NCBI GenBank assembly: GCA_017615545.1
Contig: JAFZZY010000065.1
Coordinates: 4,759-68,758 of the forward strand
DNA: 64,000 nucleotides
Direction of reading: 5' to 3'
DNA from: Lachnospiraceae bacterium
GTDB lineage: Bacteria > Bacillota > Clostridia > Lachnospirales > Lachnospiraceae
Shown here: positions 20,702 through 28,748 of the stretch, piece after piece
How positions within the stretch are numbered: position 1 is the stretch's first letter
Layout: each line of letters begins with the position of its first letter
Position numbers and translations under genes: made by a program
The notes under the pieces: model-generated
The model's input: only the letters and a program-made list of their open reading frames with translations
Database searches by the model: none
What the model was told of the DNA's origin: nothing

Positions 20702-22701
20702 TCTATTTTGTATGTGCCATGTCGGCAGAGGCGGCTCCGTTTCTTCGCATATTTGACTTGGAGAAGAGGCGCATGCCCTACCGGTATGAGGTCTATGAGA
20801 GCCGCGTCGGTGCGCCCGTGCAGGCCCGGCTGACGGTCAGTGGCATCGGCAGTTTTCACGCTTCCTGTGCGGCTGCCTTCCTGTTCGGACTCTATCCGCC
20901 GGGACCGGATGACCTTTTGGTCAATGTCGGCATCTGCGGAGCGTCGCCGTCTTTGAGTGGGGCGGAGCGCGGGACCATCTACCAGTGTGGAAAGATCCTG
21001 TCACCGGATGCTGCGGACAGCGTATATCCTGCGGTCCGGAGAGACCTGCCGTGGGAGGTTGCGACCCTGAAAACATCGGAGCAGGTCGTGACACTGAATG
21101 AGAATACAAAAGCCTCGGGCTTTTTATACGATATGGAGGGCTTTGCCTTCGCAAAGGCGGCTTTGGGATTCGCCGGGCCGGATCGGATGGCGGTCGTGAA
21201 GGCCGTGTATGACCGGTTGACAGAAATATCACGGCCGAAACCGCAGGAAGTCTATGATTTGCTGCAGCCGGTGGCCGAAGCGCTCCGGGATTGGGAGAAA
21301 AAGGCGGAACAGAAGGCGGCAGCGATTGAAGCATCCTCTGCCGGACAGTTAGTGCAACGTGCCCGCGGGATCGCCTCAGACGCCCGTGTTTCGGTTTCCA
21401 TGCGTGACCGCATATTTTCACGTACGGCCTACATTTCGGCCCTTTTTGGGGCTTACAGGCCCTCTGAGGGGGATGTAGAGTGGATTGACGCTGCAGAAGA
21501 AGCATTTTCCGAGGCGGAAAGCGCGATCGAGGCCGGACATTTCGTGAAAACGGAGCAAAACCGGTTGCTTGAAAAAATGGACGCGATTGCAGAGCGGTTT
21601 TATGATAACACCGAATTTGCGGAAGTAAGCGAGATGAACGGGGCGCCGGTCTCGGTCCTTTATGTGGAAGAGGAGGTCATGGACCATCCGCGCACGCAGA
21701 AGATCCGGGAGCATTTTCCGAAGGCGGATGTGATCCCGATCCGGCGGTACCGTGACGTGTTCAACCGTTCGCGGCAGGAACTGCCCGGCATCCTTCGGGA
21801 GGGGGCGGCGCGGGCGCTCATCGTGGCCCGCCAGGAGAACATCCACATCTATCCGGGCGCGCCGATGTGCCAGGACCACGGGCATCGAAAGTTCTTCTAC
21901 GCGTCGTTCGTGATGAACTGCCTGTTTGACTGTGAGTATTGTTATCTTCAGGGGATGTACCCCTCGAAGATGCCGGTGATCTTCATCAACCCGGAGGACG
22001 TGCTGGAGAAGATCGCCGCTATAGAAGAAACATTGGGGCCGGAGGAAACGGCCTATGTCAGCGTATCGTTTGACACCGATCTTTGCGCGTTTGAAGGTCT
22101 GCTTGGCTTCGTCGATCTAATCACGAAGTTTGCGAAGGAGCATCCGCGCATCGTGATCGAGATCCGAACGAAATCGGCGGGTCATGCGATCCCGCTGACC
22201 GGGGATATACCGAAGAACCTGCGCTTTGCGTGGTCGTTCTCGCCGGCGGAGGTCATTCGCCGATTTGAGCATAAGACGGCGGGCCTAGAGGCACGTTTGG
22301 AGGGCATGACCCGCGCCATCCGTGCCGGATATAAGGTGAGGCTTTGCTTCGATCCGTTGTTGCTGATTCCGGATGCGAGGCGGCGCTATGAGGAGCTGGT
22401 CGACCATGTGATGCAGGCGGCGCAGAAGGCGGCGGAAAGCATCGGGCAGACGCTTACGGCTTGTGTGGACGATGTCAGCACGGGGCCGTTCCGCATCGGT
22501 TCGGACCAACTGGCGAACATGCGACGCATTCGCCCGGACAGCCCGCTCGTTATGTATCCGTACGAGATCGAGGAGCACACCGCGCGTTATCCGAAGGCGA
22601 CCGAGACAGGTCTGATCGAGGCCGTGCGTGCGCGGCTTGCGACCTACGTCCCGGAGGACAGGATCTTTTGCTGGGGAGAAGATTATGGAACAAAACTATG
22701 A
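20698..22701 (+). CDS. Fusion protein: N-terminal PNP_UDP-type nucleosidase-like domain and C-terminal SPL-like (SplB/COG1533-type) radical SAM domain
   Basis: The N-terminus has MIYFVCAMSAEAAPF, TVSGIGSFHA, NVGICGA and YDMEGFAFAKAA (the DME-G motif of MtnN/Pfs-like enzymes). The C-terminus has the radical SAM triad C-x3-C-x2-C (CLFDCEYCYLQ; Cys codons at 21919, 21931, 21940) in an SplB-like context. Its start overlaps the birA stop (ATGA). Confidence 0.7.
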   Translation: MIYFVCAMSAEAAPFLRIFDLEKRRMPYRYEVYESRVGAPVQARLTVSGIGSFHASCAAAFLFGLYPPGPDDLLVNVGICGASPSLSGAERGTIYQCGKILSPDAADSVYPAVRRDLPWEVATLKTSEQVVTLNENTKASGFLYDMEGFAFAKAALGFAGPDRMAVVKAVYDRLTEISRPKPQEVYDLLQPVAEALRDWEKKAEQKAAAIEASSAGQLVQRARGIASDARVSVSMRDRIFSRTAYISALFGAYRPSEGDVEWIDAAEEAFSEAESAIEAGHFVKTEQNRLLEKMDAIAERFYDNTEFAEVSEMNGAPVSVLYVEEEVMDHPRTQKIREHFPKADVIPIRRYRDVFNRSRQELPGILREGAARALIVARQENIHIYPGAPMCQDHGHRKFFYASFVMNCLFDCEYCYLQGMYPSKMPVIFINPEDVLEKIAAIEETLGPEETAYVSVSFDTDLCAFEGLLGFVDLITKFAKEHPRIVIEIRTKSAGHAIPLTGDIPKNLRFAWSFSPAEVIRRFEHKTAGLEARLEGMTRAIRAGYKVRLCFDPLLLIPDARRRYEELVDHVMQAAQKAAESIGQTLTACVDDVSTGPFRIGSDQLANMRRIRPDSPLVMYPYEIEEHTARYPKATETGLIEAVRARLATYVPEDRIFCWGEDYGTKL

Positions 22702-25069
22702 TATGACGAAAGTATATGAGCTTTTGAGCAATGGCCGGCTGACCGAGGCGGAGCAGGAGATGCTCGCCATGGCGGCGCGTGCGCGTGAGGAGAAAAACGC
22801 GCAGCAGGAGCTCGTCATTTTGAATGAACTCATCGGTTTCTATCGCGACTGCGGGCGTTTCTCGGAGTCGCTTTCGGCCGGCCAGGATGCGATGCTGTTG
22901 GCGCGCGACATGGACCTCGTGGGCACCATTCCCTACGGTACCACGCTCATCAACGTGGCCAATGCCCTGCGGGCGGCGGGTCACGCCGACGCGGCGCAGA
23001 CCTACTTCACCCAGGCGCGTGAGACCCTCGCCCTGCATTTGCCGGAAAATGATATCCTGTTCGCCAGTCTGCAGAACAACCTGAGCCTGCTCCTGCAGGA
23101 GAAGGGTGATTTTGTCGGCGCGGCGAGTGAAGGCGAGAAGGCGCTCGCCATCGTGCGGGAGAACCTGAAGGAAGCGCGCGAAGCACAGGATACCGATCGC
23201 GTGAAGGATCTTTCCACGAAGGAAGCGATCTCCCTGACGAATATTGCATTGTCCAAACAGCACATGGATCAGGACGCGGAGGCGGAGGAACTGTTAACGC
23301 AGGCGCTTTCGTTCTTCACCGGTCTGATGCCGTCAGATTTCCACTACAGCGCGGCGCTTTCAGGCATGGGAGACCTCTGCCTGCGGCGCAAAGAATACGA
23401 GCTTGCGGCGGAATATTACGAGACGGCTCTTTCCGAGATCCGTTTTCACATGGGTGTGAACAACTTTCACGAGATCGTTTTGGAGCATCTCGAGGAGGCC
23501 TACCGCGGCATGGGAACGACGGCGCAGGAATATCATGAGAGCCTGTCCGGAATCGAGATCTGCCGGCGATATTACCGTGCGTTCTGGCTGCCTATCTATA
23601 AACGAAATTTCAAGACGAAGCTTCCGAAGATCGCCTGCGGCCTGATGGGTGAGGGCTCGGAATGCTTCGGTTATGACGATAAGATCTCCCGCGACCACGA
23701 CTTCGGTCCGGGCTTCTGCATCTGGATCGATGACAGCGTGAGCGAGGAGCAGGAGAAGGAACTCCGCACGGCTTATGCACTGCTGCCGCCGACTTATATG
23801 GGTTACACACGTTTTGCCTCGGCCAATGAGACGGAGGGCCGCGTCGGCGTGATGCGGACTTCGGATTTCTTCCGGCGCATGTTCGGGCTACCGAAGGTTC
23901 CCGCGACGCAGGAGGAATGGCTGGCCGTGCCCGAGGAGGGCCTGGCACAGGCGACCAACGGAGCCGTGTTCTACGACGGCAGCGGAGCATTTTCCCGACA
24001 GCTTAAGCAGCTGAAGGACGGCTATCCGGAGACCGTGCTCCTGCGCAGGATCGCCCAGCAGCTCGGCCTGATGGAGCAGAGCGGACCGTACAACTGCATG
24101 CGCGCGTTCCGGCGCGGCGATGCGGTGACGGCGCGCCTCTATCTGGACCGTTTTGCGACCGCATCCATGCGCTTCCTGCACCTGATGGCGAACCGTTATG
24201 CGCCCTATATGAAGTGGCTGTACCGCAGCACGACCGAGATCGATGCGGACTTCGCATCCGCGATCGCGGCTCTGCTTGAACACACCGATGACGCCGAGGC
24301 GACGAAGGCTTCGATCGACGATGTCATCGTTAAGGCCAATGCGCTCCTGAAGCGAGGCGGTTATATCGACGAAGAGACTGCTGGGAAACTGTACGAAGGC
24401 TCCGCCGGACTGATGGATGTCGCGCGGATGCTTTCTTCGAAGGCAGACGCGATGGCTCCGAAGGAGGGCGCCGTTATGGCGATCATCGAGTTGGAGTGGG
24501 AAGCCTTCGACCTGACGCAGAACGAAGGCGGGCGCGCCGGCTGCCAGGATGACTGGGAGACCTTCTCGATCATGCGTCGCAGCCAGTACGAGACATGGCC
24601 CGCTGACCTGCTCGAATCCTACCTTTCGGACCTGATGGCGGCAAAAGCGGAAGGCCGAAACCTGATCACGGAGAAATACGGCCGGATGATGGAGAGCACC
24701 GCGCCGGCAGAGTATGCGAAGATCCGGGATGCATTGCCCGTGCTGGACGCGGACCAGATCCGGATCCGCGAGGCGATCGTTGCGATCTACGTCGGCTGGA
24801 TGGAGGAAGTCGCGGCGGCGTACCCGAAATTCGCCGGGCAGGCACGCGTGATCCACACCTCCGAGGATACGATGTGGCGTACCTCGTACGAGACGTATCT
24901 GCGCGGCGAGATCTCGACGTATTCACCGCAGACTCTGACGCTTTTCGGGCGAATGACGGCACAGGCGGCGCAGAACGGCGAGAACCTGTCGAAGGCGATT
25001 TTACTTCGGACGGCGCAGCTTTATGGTTACGGTTCGATCGAAGAGGCCGAGGCTGCGATCGAAGACTGA
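22685..25069 (+). CDS. Three-module protein: TPR repeats, nucleotidyltransferase-like DUF4037 and DUF4125
   Basis: ATG at 22685 follows GGGGAGAAG and overlaps the upstream gene by 17 nt. The N-terminal ~280 aa are TPR-like. The middle has a pol-beta NTase-type motif, GEGSECFGYDDKISRDHDFG (GS...D-x-D). The C-terminus has EWEAFDLTQNEGGRAGCQDDWETFSIMRRSQYETW, which I recall as DUF4125. Confidence 0.6.
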   Translation: MEQNYDMTKVYELLSNGRLTEAEQEMLAMAARAREEKNAQQELVILNELIGFYRDCGRFSESLSAGQDAMLLARDMDLVGTIPYGTTLINVANALRAAGHADAAQTYFTQARETLALHLPENDILFASLQNNLSLLLQEKGDFVGAASEGEKALAIVRENLKEAREAQDTDRVKDLSTKEAISLTNIALSKQHMDQDAEAEELLTQALSFFTGLMPSDFHYSAALSGMGDLCLRRKEYELAAEYYETALSEIRFHMGVNNFHEIVLEHLEEAYRGMGTTAQEYHESLSGIEICRRYYRAFWLPIYKRNFKTKLPKIACGLMGEGSECFGYDDKISRDHDFGPGFCIWIDDSVSEEQEKELRTAYALLPPTYMGYTRFASANETEGRVGVMRTSDFFRRMFGLPKVPATQEEWLAVPEEGLAQATNGAVFYDGSGAFSRQLKQLKDGYPETVLLRRIAQQLGLMEQSGPYNCMRAFRRGDAVTARLYLDRFATASMRFLHLMANRYAPYMKWLYRSTTEIDADFASAIAALLEHTDDAEATKASIDDVIVKANALLKRGGYIDEETAGKLYEGSAGLMDVARMLSSKADAMAPKEGAVMAIIELEWEAFDLTQNEGGRAGCQDDWETFSIMRRSQYETWPADLLESYLSDLMAAKAEGRNLITEKYGRMMESTAPAEYAKIRDALPVLDADQIRIREAIVAIYVGWMEEVAAAYPKFAGQARVIHTSEDTMWRTSYETYLRGEISTYSPQTLTLFGRMTAQAAQNGENLSKAILLRTAQLYGYGSIEEAEAAIED

Positions 25070-25171
25070 TCCGGATCGGTTCCGGTTCCATCGGTCATCA
25101 TGATGACAAATCGGACTGGGATTTTGTGCCCGCGCTGGGCTATGGAGCAATGAAACAAGGGAGATAGGACT

Positions 25172-25684
25172 ATGGATAATAAAATGATATGTGTGCTTGC
25201 CGGTTATGACGATGCGACGGAGGCCCGTCTGTCCGGCATTCAAAAGGATCTGTATGCGGCCGGGTTTTCCGGCGTCCAGACGAAGGACATTCCCATGCAC
25301 TTTACGCTGGGGTCGTATGACACGGAGCGAGAGGAGGAGTTGAAGGAGCGTCTTACGAAGTTGGCGGATACATTTCCCGAGTTCGATGTTGCATTCAACC
25401 ATGTCGGCCTGTTCCGGCTTCCGCAAAACGACGTTCTGTTCGTTGCGCCGGAAGTCAGCAAGGAGATGCTGGCGCTGAAGGATCATTTTCTGGACAATAA
25501 GGACGTGTTCCGCTGGTCAGCGCATACGACCTTTTTGATCGACAAACCGGACGTGATCGCCGAGGCATTGAAGCAGGTCATGCAGGATTTTCCGGCGATG
25601 GAGGGTATGGTCAATACGATCTATCTGTACGAATTCTGGCCGACCCGGCACATCCTGACCGTGCACCTTAAGGAGAAAGAGTAA
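25172..25684 (+). CDS. 2H phosphoesterase superfamily protein (LigT / 2'-5' RNA ligase-like)
   Basis: Two H-x-T/S-x motifs at the expected spacing: HFTL (about 25298) and HTTF (about 25523). 170 aa. Confidence 0.7.
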   Translation: MDNKMICVLAGYDDATEARLSGIQKDLYAAGFSGVQTKDIPMHFTLGSYDTEREEELKERLTKLADTFPEFDVAFNHVGLFRLPQNDVLFVAPEVSKEMLALKDHFLDNKDVFRWSAHTTFLIDKPDVIAEALKQVMQDFPAMEGMVNTIYLYEFWPTRHILTVHLKEKE

Positions 25685-25727
25685 GGCCTTAGCGTCTGAA
25701 ATCCAAACAAGAATATGAAGAAAAAAT

Positions 25728-25753
25728 GCAGGGCGAAAGCTCTGCGTTTTTTT
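25728..25753 (+). terminator. Intrinsic terminator closing the birA...2H block
   Basis: gcagggc-gaaa-gctctgc (7-bp stem with one G-U, GAAA tetraloop) followed by gttttttt. Confidence 0.75.
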
Positions 25754-25757
25754 ATGC

Positions 25758-25786
25758 TTGACAAGGTGCTTTGAGTATGATATTAT
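25758..25786 (+). promoter_or_regulatory. Sigma-A promoter of the fatty-acid synthesis operon
   Basis: TTGACA (25758-25763), 17 nt, TATTAT (25781-25786). Confidence 0.7.
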
Positions 25787-25836
25787 TTGAAAGCCAAAGT
25801 ATTTGAAACTCAAATCAAATACCTGCAATTTCAAAC
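25784..25836. promoter_or_regulatory. Cluster of TTTGAAA-type half-sites and palindromes; candidate operator for the MarR/FabT-like regulator
   Basis: TATTTGAAA occurs at 25784 and 25800. ATTTGAaacTCAAAT is a perfect inverted repeat at 25801-25815, nested in GTATTTGA...TCAAATAC (25799-25822). An inverted TTTCAAA sits at about 25829. Confidence 0.45.
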
Positions 25837-25865
25837 AGAAGCCTAAAAGGCAAAAGGAGACTATC

Positions 25866-26099
25866 ATGGTTGAGAAGATTATTGAACTCGTAAAGGAGCA
25901 GCTTGACTGCGGAAATCAGGAGCTTACCGAGGCTACCAGCTTTAAGGACGATCTGGGTGCAGATTCCCTGGACCTGTATGAGCTCGTGATGCAGCTCGAG
26001 GAGACTTTCGGAATCACCATTCCTACAGAAGATTTCAACGAAGTCAAGACCATCGGCGACGTTGCCGCATATCTTGAGAAGAAGGGTGTGTCCCTGTAA
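25866..26099 (+). CDS. acpP: Acyl carrier protein
   Basis: DLGADSLDLYELVMQLEE phosphopantetheine-attachment motif. ATG at 25866 follows AAGGAGA. Confidence 0.93.
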   Translation: MVEKIIELVKEQLDCGNQELTEATSFKDDLGADSLDLYELVMQLEETFGITIPTEDFNEVKTIGDVAAYLEKKGVSL

Positions 26100-26114
26100 T
26101 TAAGGAGTGATCCA

Positions 26115-27041
26115 ATGCAGACAAAGCTTACGAATTTACTTGGGATCCGTTATCCCGTGATCCAGGGCGGTATGGCCTGGGTCGCTGAGTATCACCTCGC
26201 AAGCGCGGTCTCGAACGCGGGCGGCCTCGGTATCATCGCGGCCGCATCGGCACCGCCCGAAGTGGTACGTGATCAGATACGCCAGATGAAAAAACTCACC
26301 GATCAGCCGTTCGGGGTCAATGTCATGATGTTGAATCCGAATGCGCCGGAGGTTGCAAAGATCATCGTCGAAGAGGGCGTTCCGGTCGTGACGACCGGCG
26401 CAGGTTCTCCGGCGGCATATATGGAAATGTGGAAGAACGCGGGCGTGAAGGTATTGCCCGTGGTAGCGAGCGTAGCGATGGCAAAACTATTGCAGCGTGA
26501 AGGCGCGGATGCGGTGATCGCCGAAGGCATGGAAGCCGGCGGACACATTGGCCACACGACGACCATGGCGCTGGTACCGCAGGTGTGTGACGCGGTCGAC
26601 ATCCCCGTGGTCGCTGCGGGCGGCATCGCGGACGGACGCGGCCTCTGCGCGGCGCTGATGCTGGGCGCACAGGGCGTGCAGATGGGCACGGCCTTCCTGG
26701 TCGCAAAGGAAGCGCAGGTCCATGAGAACTACAAAAACCGCGTGATCAAAGCGAAAGATATCGATACGGTCATCACCGGCCTTTCGACCGGTCATCCGGT
26801 GCGCTGCCTGCGCAACGACATGACGAAGGCCTATCTGAAACTGGAGCAGGAGGGCGCGCCGTTCGAGGAGCTGGAGCAGCTCACGCTGGGCACCCTGCGA
26901 AAAGCCGTGATCGACGGCGACGTGACGAACGGAACCGTCATGGCCGGCCAGATCGCGGGCATGATCAAAGAGCCGAAGACCTGTGAAGAGATCATCACAC
27001 AGTTGGTAGCACAGGCCGACCGCTTATGGGAGCAGAGATGA
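26115..27041 (+). CDS. fabK: Enoyl-[ACP] reductase II (FMN-dependent, nitronate monooxygenase fold)
   Basis: YPVIQGGMAWV, AGGIADGRG and GAQGVQMGTAF motifs, in a fab-operon context. Confidence 0.88.
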   Translation: MQTKLTNLLGIRYPVIQGGMAWVAEYHLASAVSNAGGLGIIAAASAPPEVVRDQIRQMKKLTDQPFGVNVMMLNPNAPEVAKIIVEEGVPVVTTGAGSPAAYMEMWKNAGVKVLPVVASVAMAKLLQREGADAVIAEGMEAGGHIGHTTTMALVPQVCDAVDIPVVAAGGIADGRGLCAALMLGAQGVQMGTAFLVAKEAQVHENYKNRVIKAKDIDTVITGLSTGHPVRCLRNDMTKAYLKLEQEGAPFEELEQLTLGTLRKAVIDGDVTNGTVMAGQIAGMIKEPKTCEEIITQLVAQADRLWEQR

Positions 27042-27967
27042 GTAAGATCGCATTTATTTTTCCCGGACAGGGCAGTCAGTATGTCGGAATGGGCCGGGGT
27101 TTTTATGAAAAAGAGGAGGTAGCGCGCAAGGTCTACGAAGAAGCGAGTCAGATGACCGGCCTGGACCTGGCGCATATCTGCTTTACGGAAAATGAACAAC
27201 TGAACCAAACCATGTACACGCAGATCGCGATGTTCACGACCGAGCTGGCGATGCTGCGCACACTGCAGTCGAAGGGCTTTTCGGCCGATACTTATGCGGG
27301 CCTGTCCCTCGGCGAATATGCGGCTGTCGTAGCCTCCGGCGCGATGGAGCAGATGGACTCGTACAACATCGTCCGTAATCGTGGATGCTACATGCAGGAG
27401 GCCTACCCGACGGGCGGCGGCATGACCGCCGTACTGGGCGCAGAGCAGGCGCTGGTCGAGAGCGTATGCGCGGAGACCGCGGGCGTGGTCTGTGTGGCAA
27501 ATTATAACTGTCCCGGTCAGATCGTTATCTCCGGTGAGAAGGAAGCGGTCGACGCTGCGGCTGCGGAACTGACGAAACGTGGCGTGAAGCGTTGTCTTCC
27601 GCTGAAGGTTTCCGGTCCCTTCCATTCGCCGCTTTTGACGGGTGCGGGCGAGCTTCTGCGCGGAGATCTGGTGCAACTGAAACTGCAGGATCCGAACCCT
27701 GTCTATCTTTCGAATGTGACGGCGGATGTCGTCAGCAAGAAAGAGGAGATCACCGATCTCCTGGCACGTCAGGTGTCGTCCTCCGTGCGCTGGCAGCAAT
27801 GCGTGGAGCGCATGCTCGCCGATGGCGTAACGAAGTTCGTAGAGATCGGTCCCGGCAAGACATTGTCCGGTTTCATGAAGAGGATCGACGGCTCCGTAAA
27901 GGTCGTTTCCCTCGAGAAATACGAAGACCTGCCGACAGTGATCGAATATCTGAAGGCAGAGGATTAA
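27038..27967 (+). CDS. fabD: Malonyl-CoA--ACP transacylase
   Basis: FIFPGQGSQYVGMG and GLSLGEYAA (active-site Ser) motifs. ATGA overlap with fabK. Confidence 0.93.
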   Translation: MSKIAFIFPGQGSQYVGMGRGFYEKEEVARKVYEEASQMTGLDLAHICFTENEQLNQTMYTQIAMFTTELAMLRTLQSKGFSADTYAGLSLGEYAAVVASGAMEQMDSYNIVRNRGCYMQEAYPTGGGMTAVLGAEQALVESVCAETAGVVCVANYNCPGQIVISGEKEAVDAAAAELTKRGVKRCLPLKVSGPFHSPLLTGAGELLRGDLVQLKLQDPNPVYLSNVTADVVSKKEEITDLLARQVSSSVRWQQCVERMLADGVTKFVEIGPGKTLSGFMKRIDGSVKVVSLEKYEDLPTVIEYLKAED

Positions 27968-27994
27968 CACCTCAGACACGAAAAGGGGTACAGT

Positions 27995-28735
27995 ATGGAA
28001 ACAGGAAAGATCGCGCTGGTCACCGGCGCGGGTAAGGGCATCGGTGCCGCATGCGCTAAGAAACTGGCGGCCATGGGGCACACGGTGATCATCAATTATA
28101 ACGGGTCGAAGGCGGCCGCCGAGGAAACGGCGGCACAGATCGCTTCGGCCGGCGGCAAGGCGTACACGATGCAGTGCGACGTTTCCGATCCGGAAGCGGT
28201 GAGCGCGATGGTGGATACCATCCAGAAAGAATACGGTGCCGTCGACATTTTGGTAAACAACGCGGGCATTACCCGCGATGAACTGATGCTTCGCATGAAG
28301 CCGGAGGATTTCGACGCGGTCATCCGCACGAATCTGACGGCCGTATTTTATGTGATGCAGGCTTGCATCCGCGGCATGATCAAAAAGCGTAAGGGTAAGA
28401 TCGTCAATATCTCTTCGGTCTCCGGCGTGATCGGAAACGCGGGCCAGGCGAACTATTCCGCAGCGAAAGCGGGCGTGATCGGCATGACGAAGACCGCGGC
28501 CCGGGAGCTTGCGGGACGGAACATCACGGTCAATGCTGTGGCTCCGGGCTTTATTTCGACGGACATGACGAACGCTCTTTCCGATGCGGCGAAAGAGGGC
28601 ATCCTTTCGAAGGTGCCGATGGCGCGCGGCGGAAGGCCCGAGGATGTGGCGAATGCCGTCGCCTTCCTCTGCTCGGAGGAGAGCGATTACATTACCGGTC
28701 AGGTGCTGTGCGTTGACGGCGGCATGGCCATGTAA
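27995..28735 (+). CDS. fabG: 3-oxoacyl-[ACP] reductase
   Basis: SDR motifs TGAGKGIG, NNAG and YSAAKAG. Confidence 0.93.
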   Translation: METGKIALVTGAGKGIGAACAKKLAAMGHTVIINYNGSKAAAEETAAQIASAGGKAYTMQCDVSDPEAVSAMVDTIQKEYGAVDILVNNAGITRDELMLRMKPEDFDAVIRTNLTAVFYVMQACIRGMIKKRKGKIVNISSVSGVIGNAGQANYSAAKAGVIGMTKTAARELAGRNITVNAVAPGFISTDMTNALSDAAKEGILSKVPMARGGRPEDVANAVAFLCSEESDYITGQVLCVDGGMAM

Positions 28736-28748
28736 GTAGGAGGTTTAT

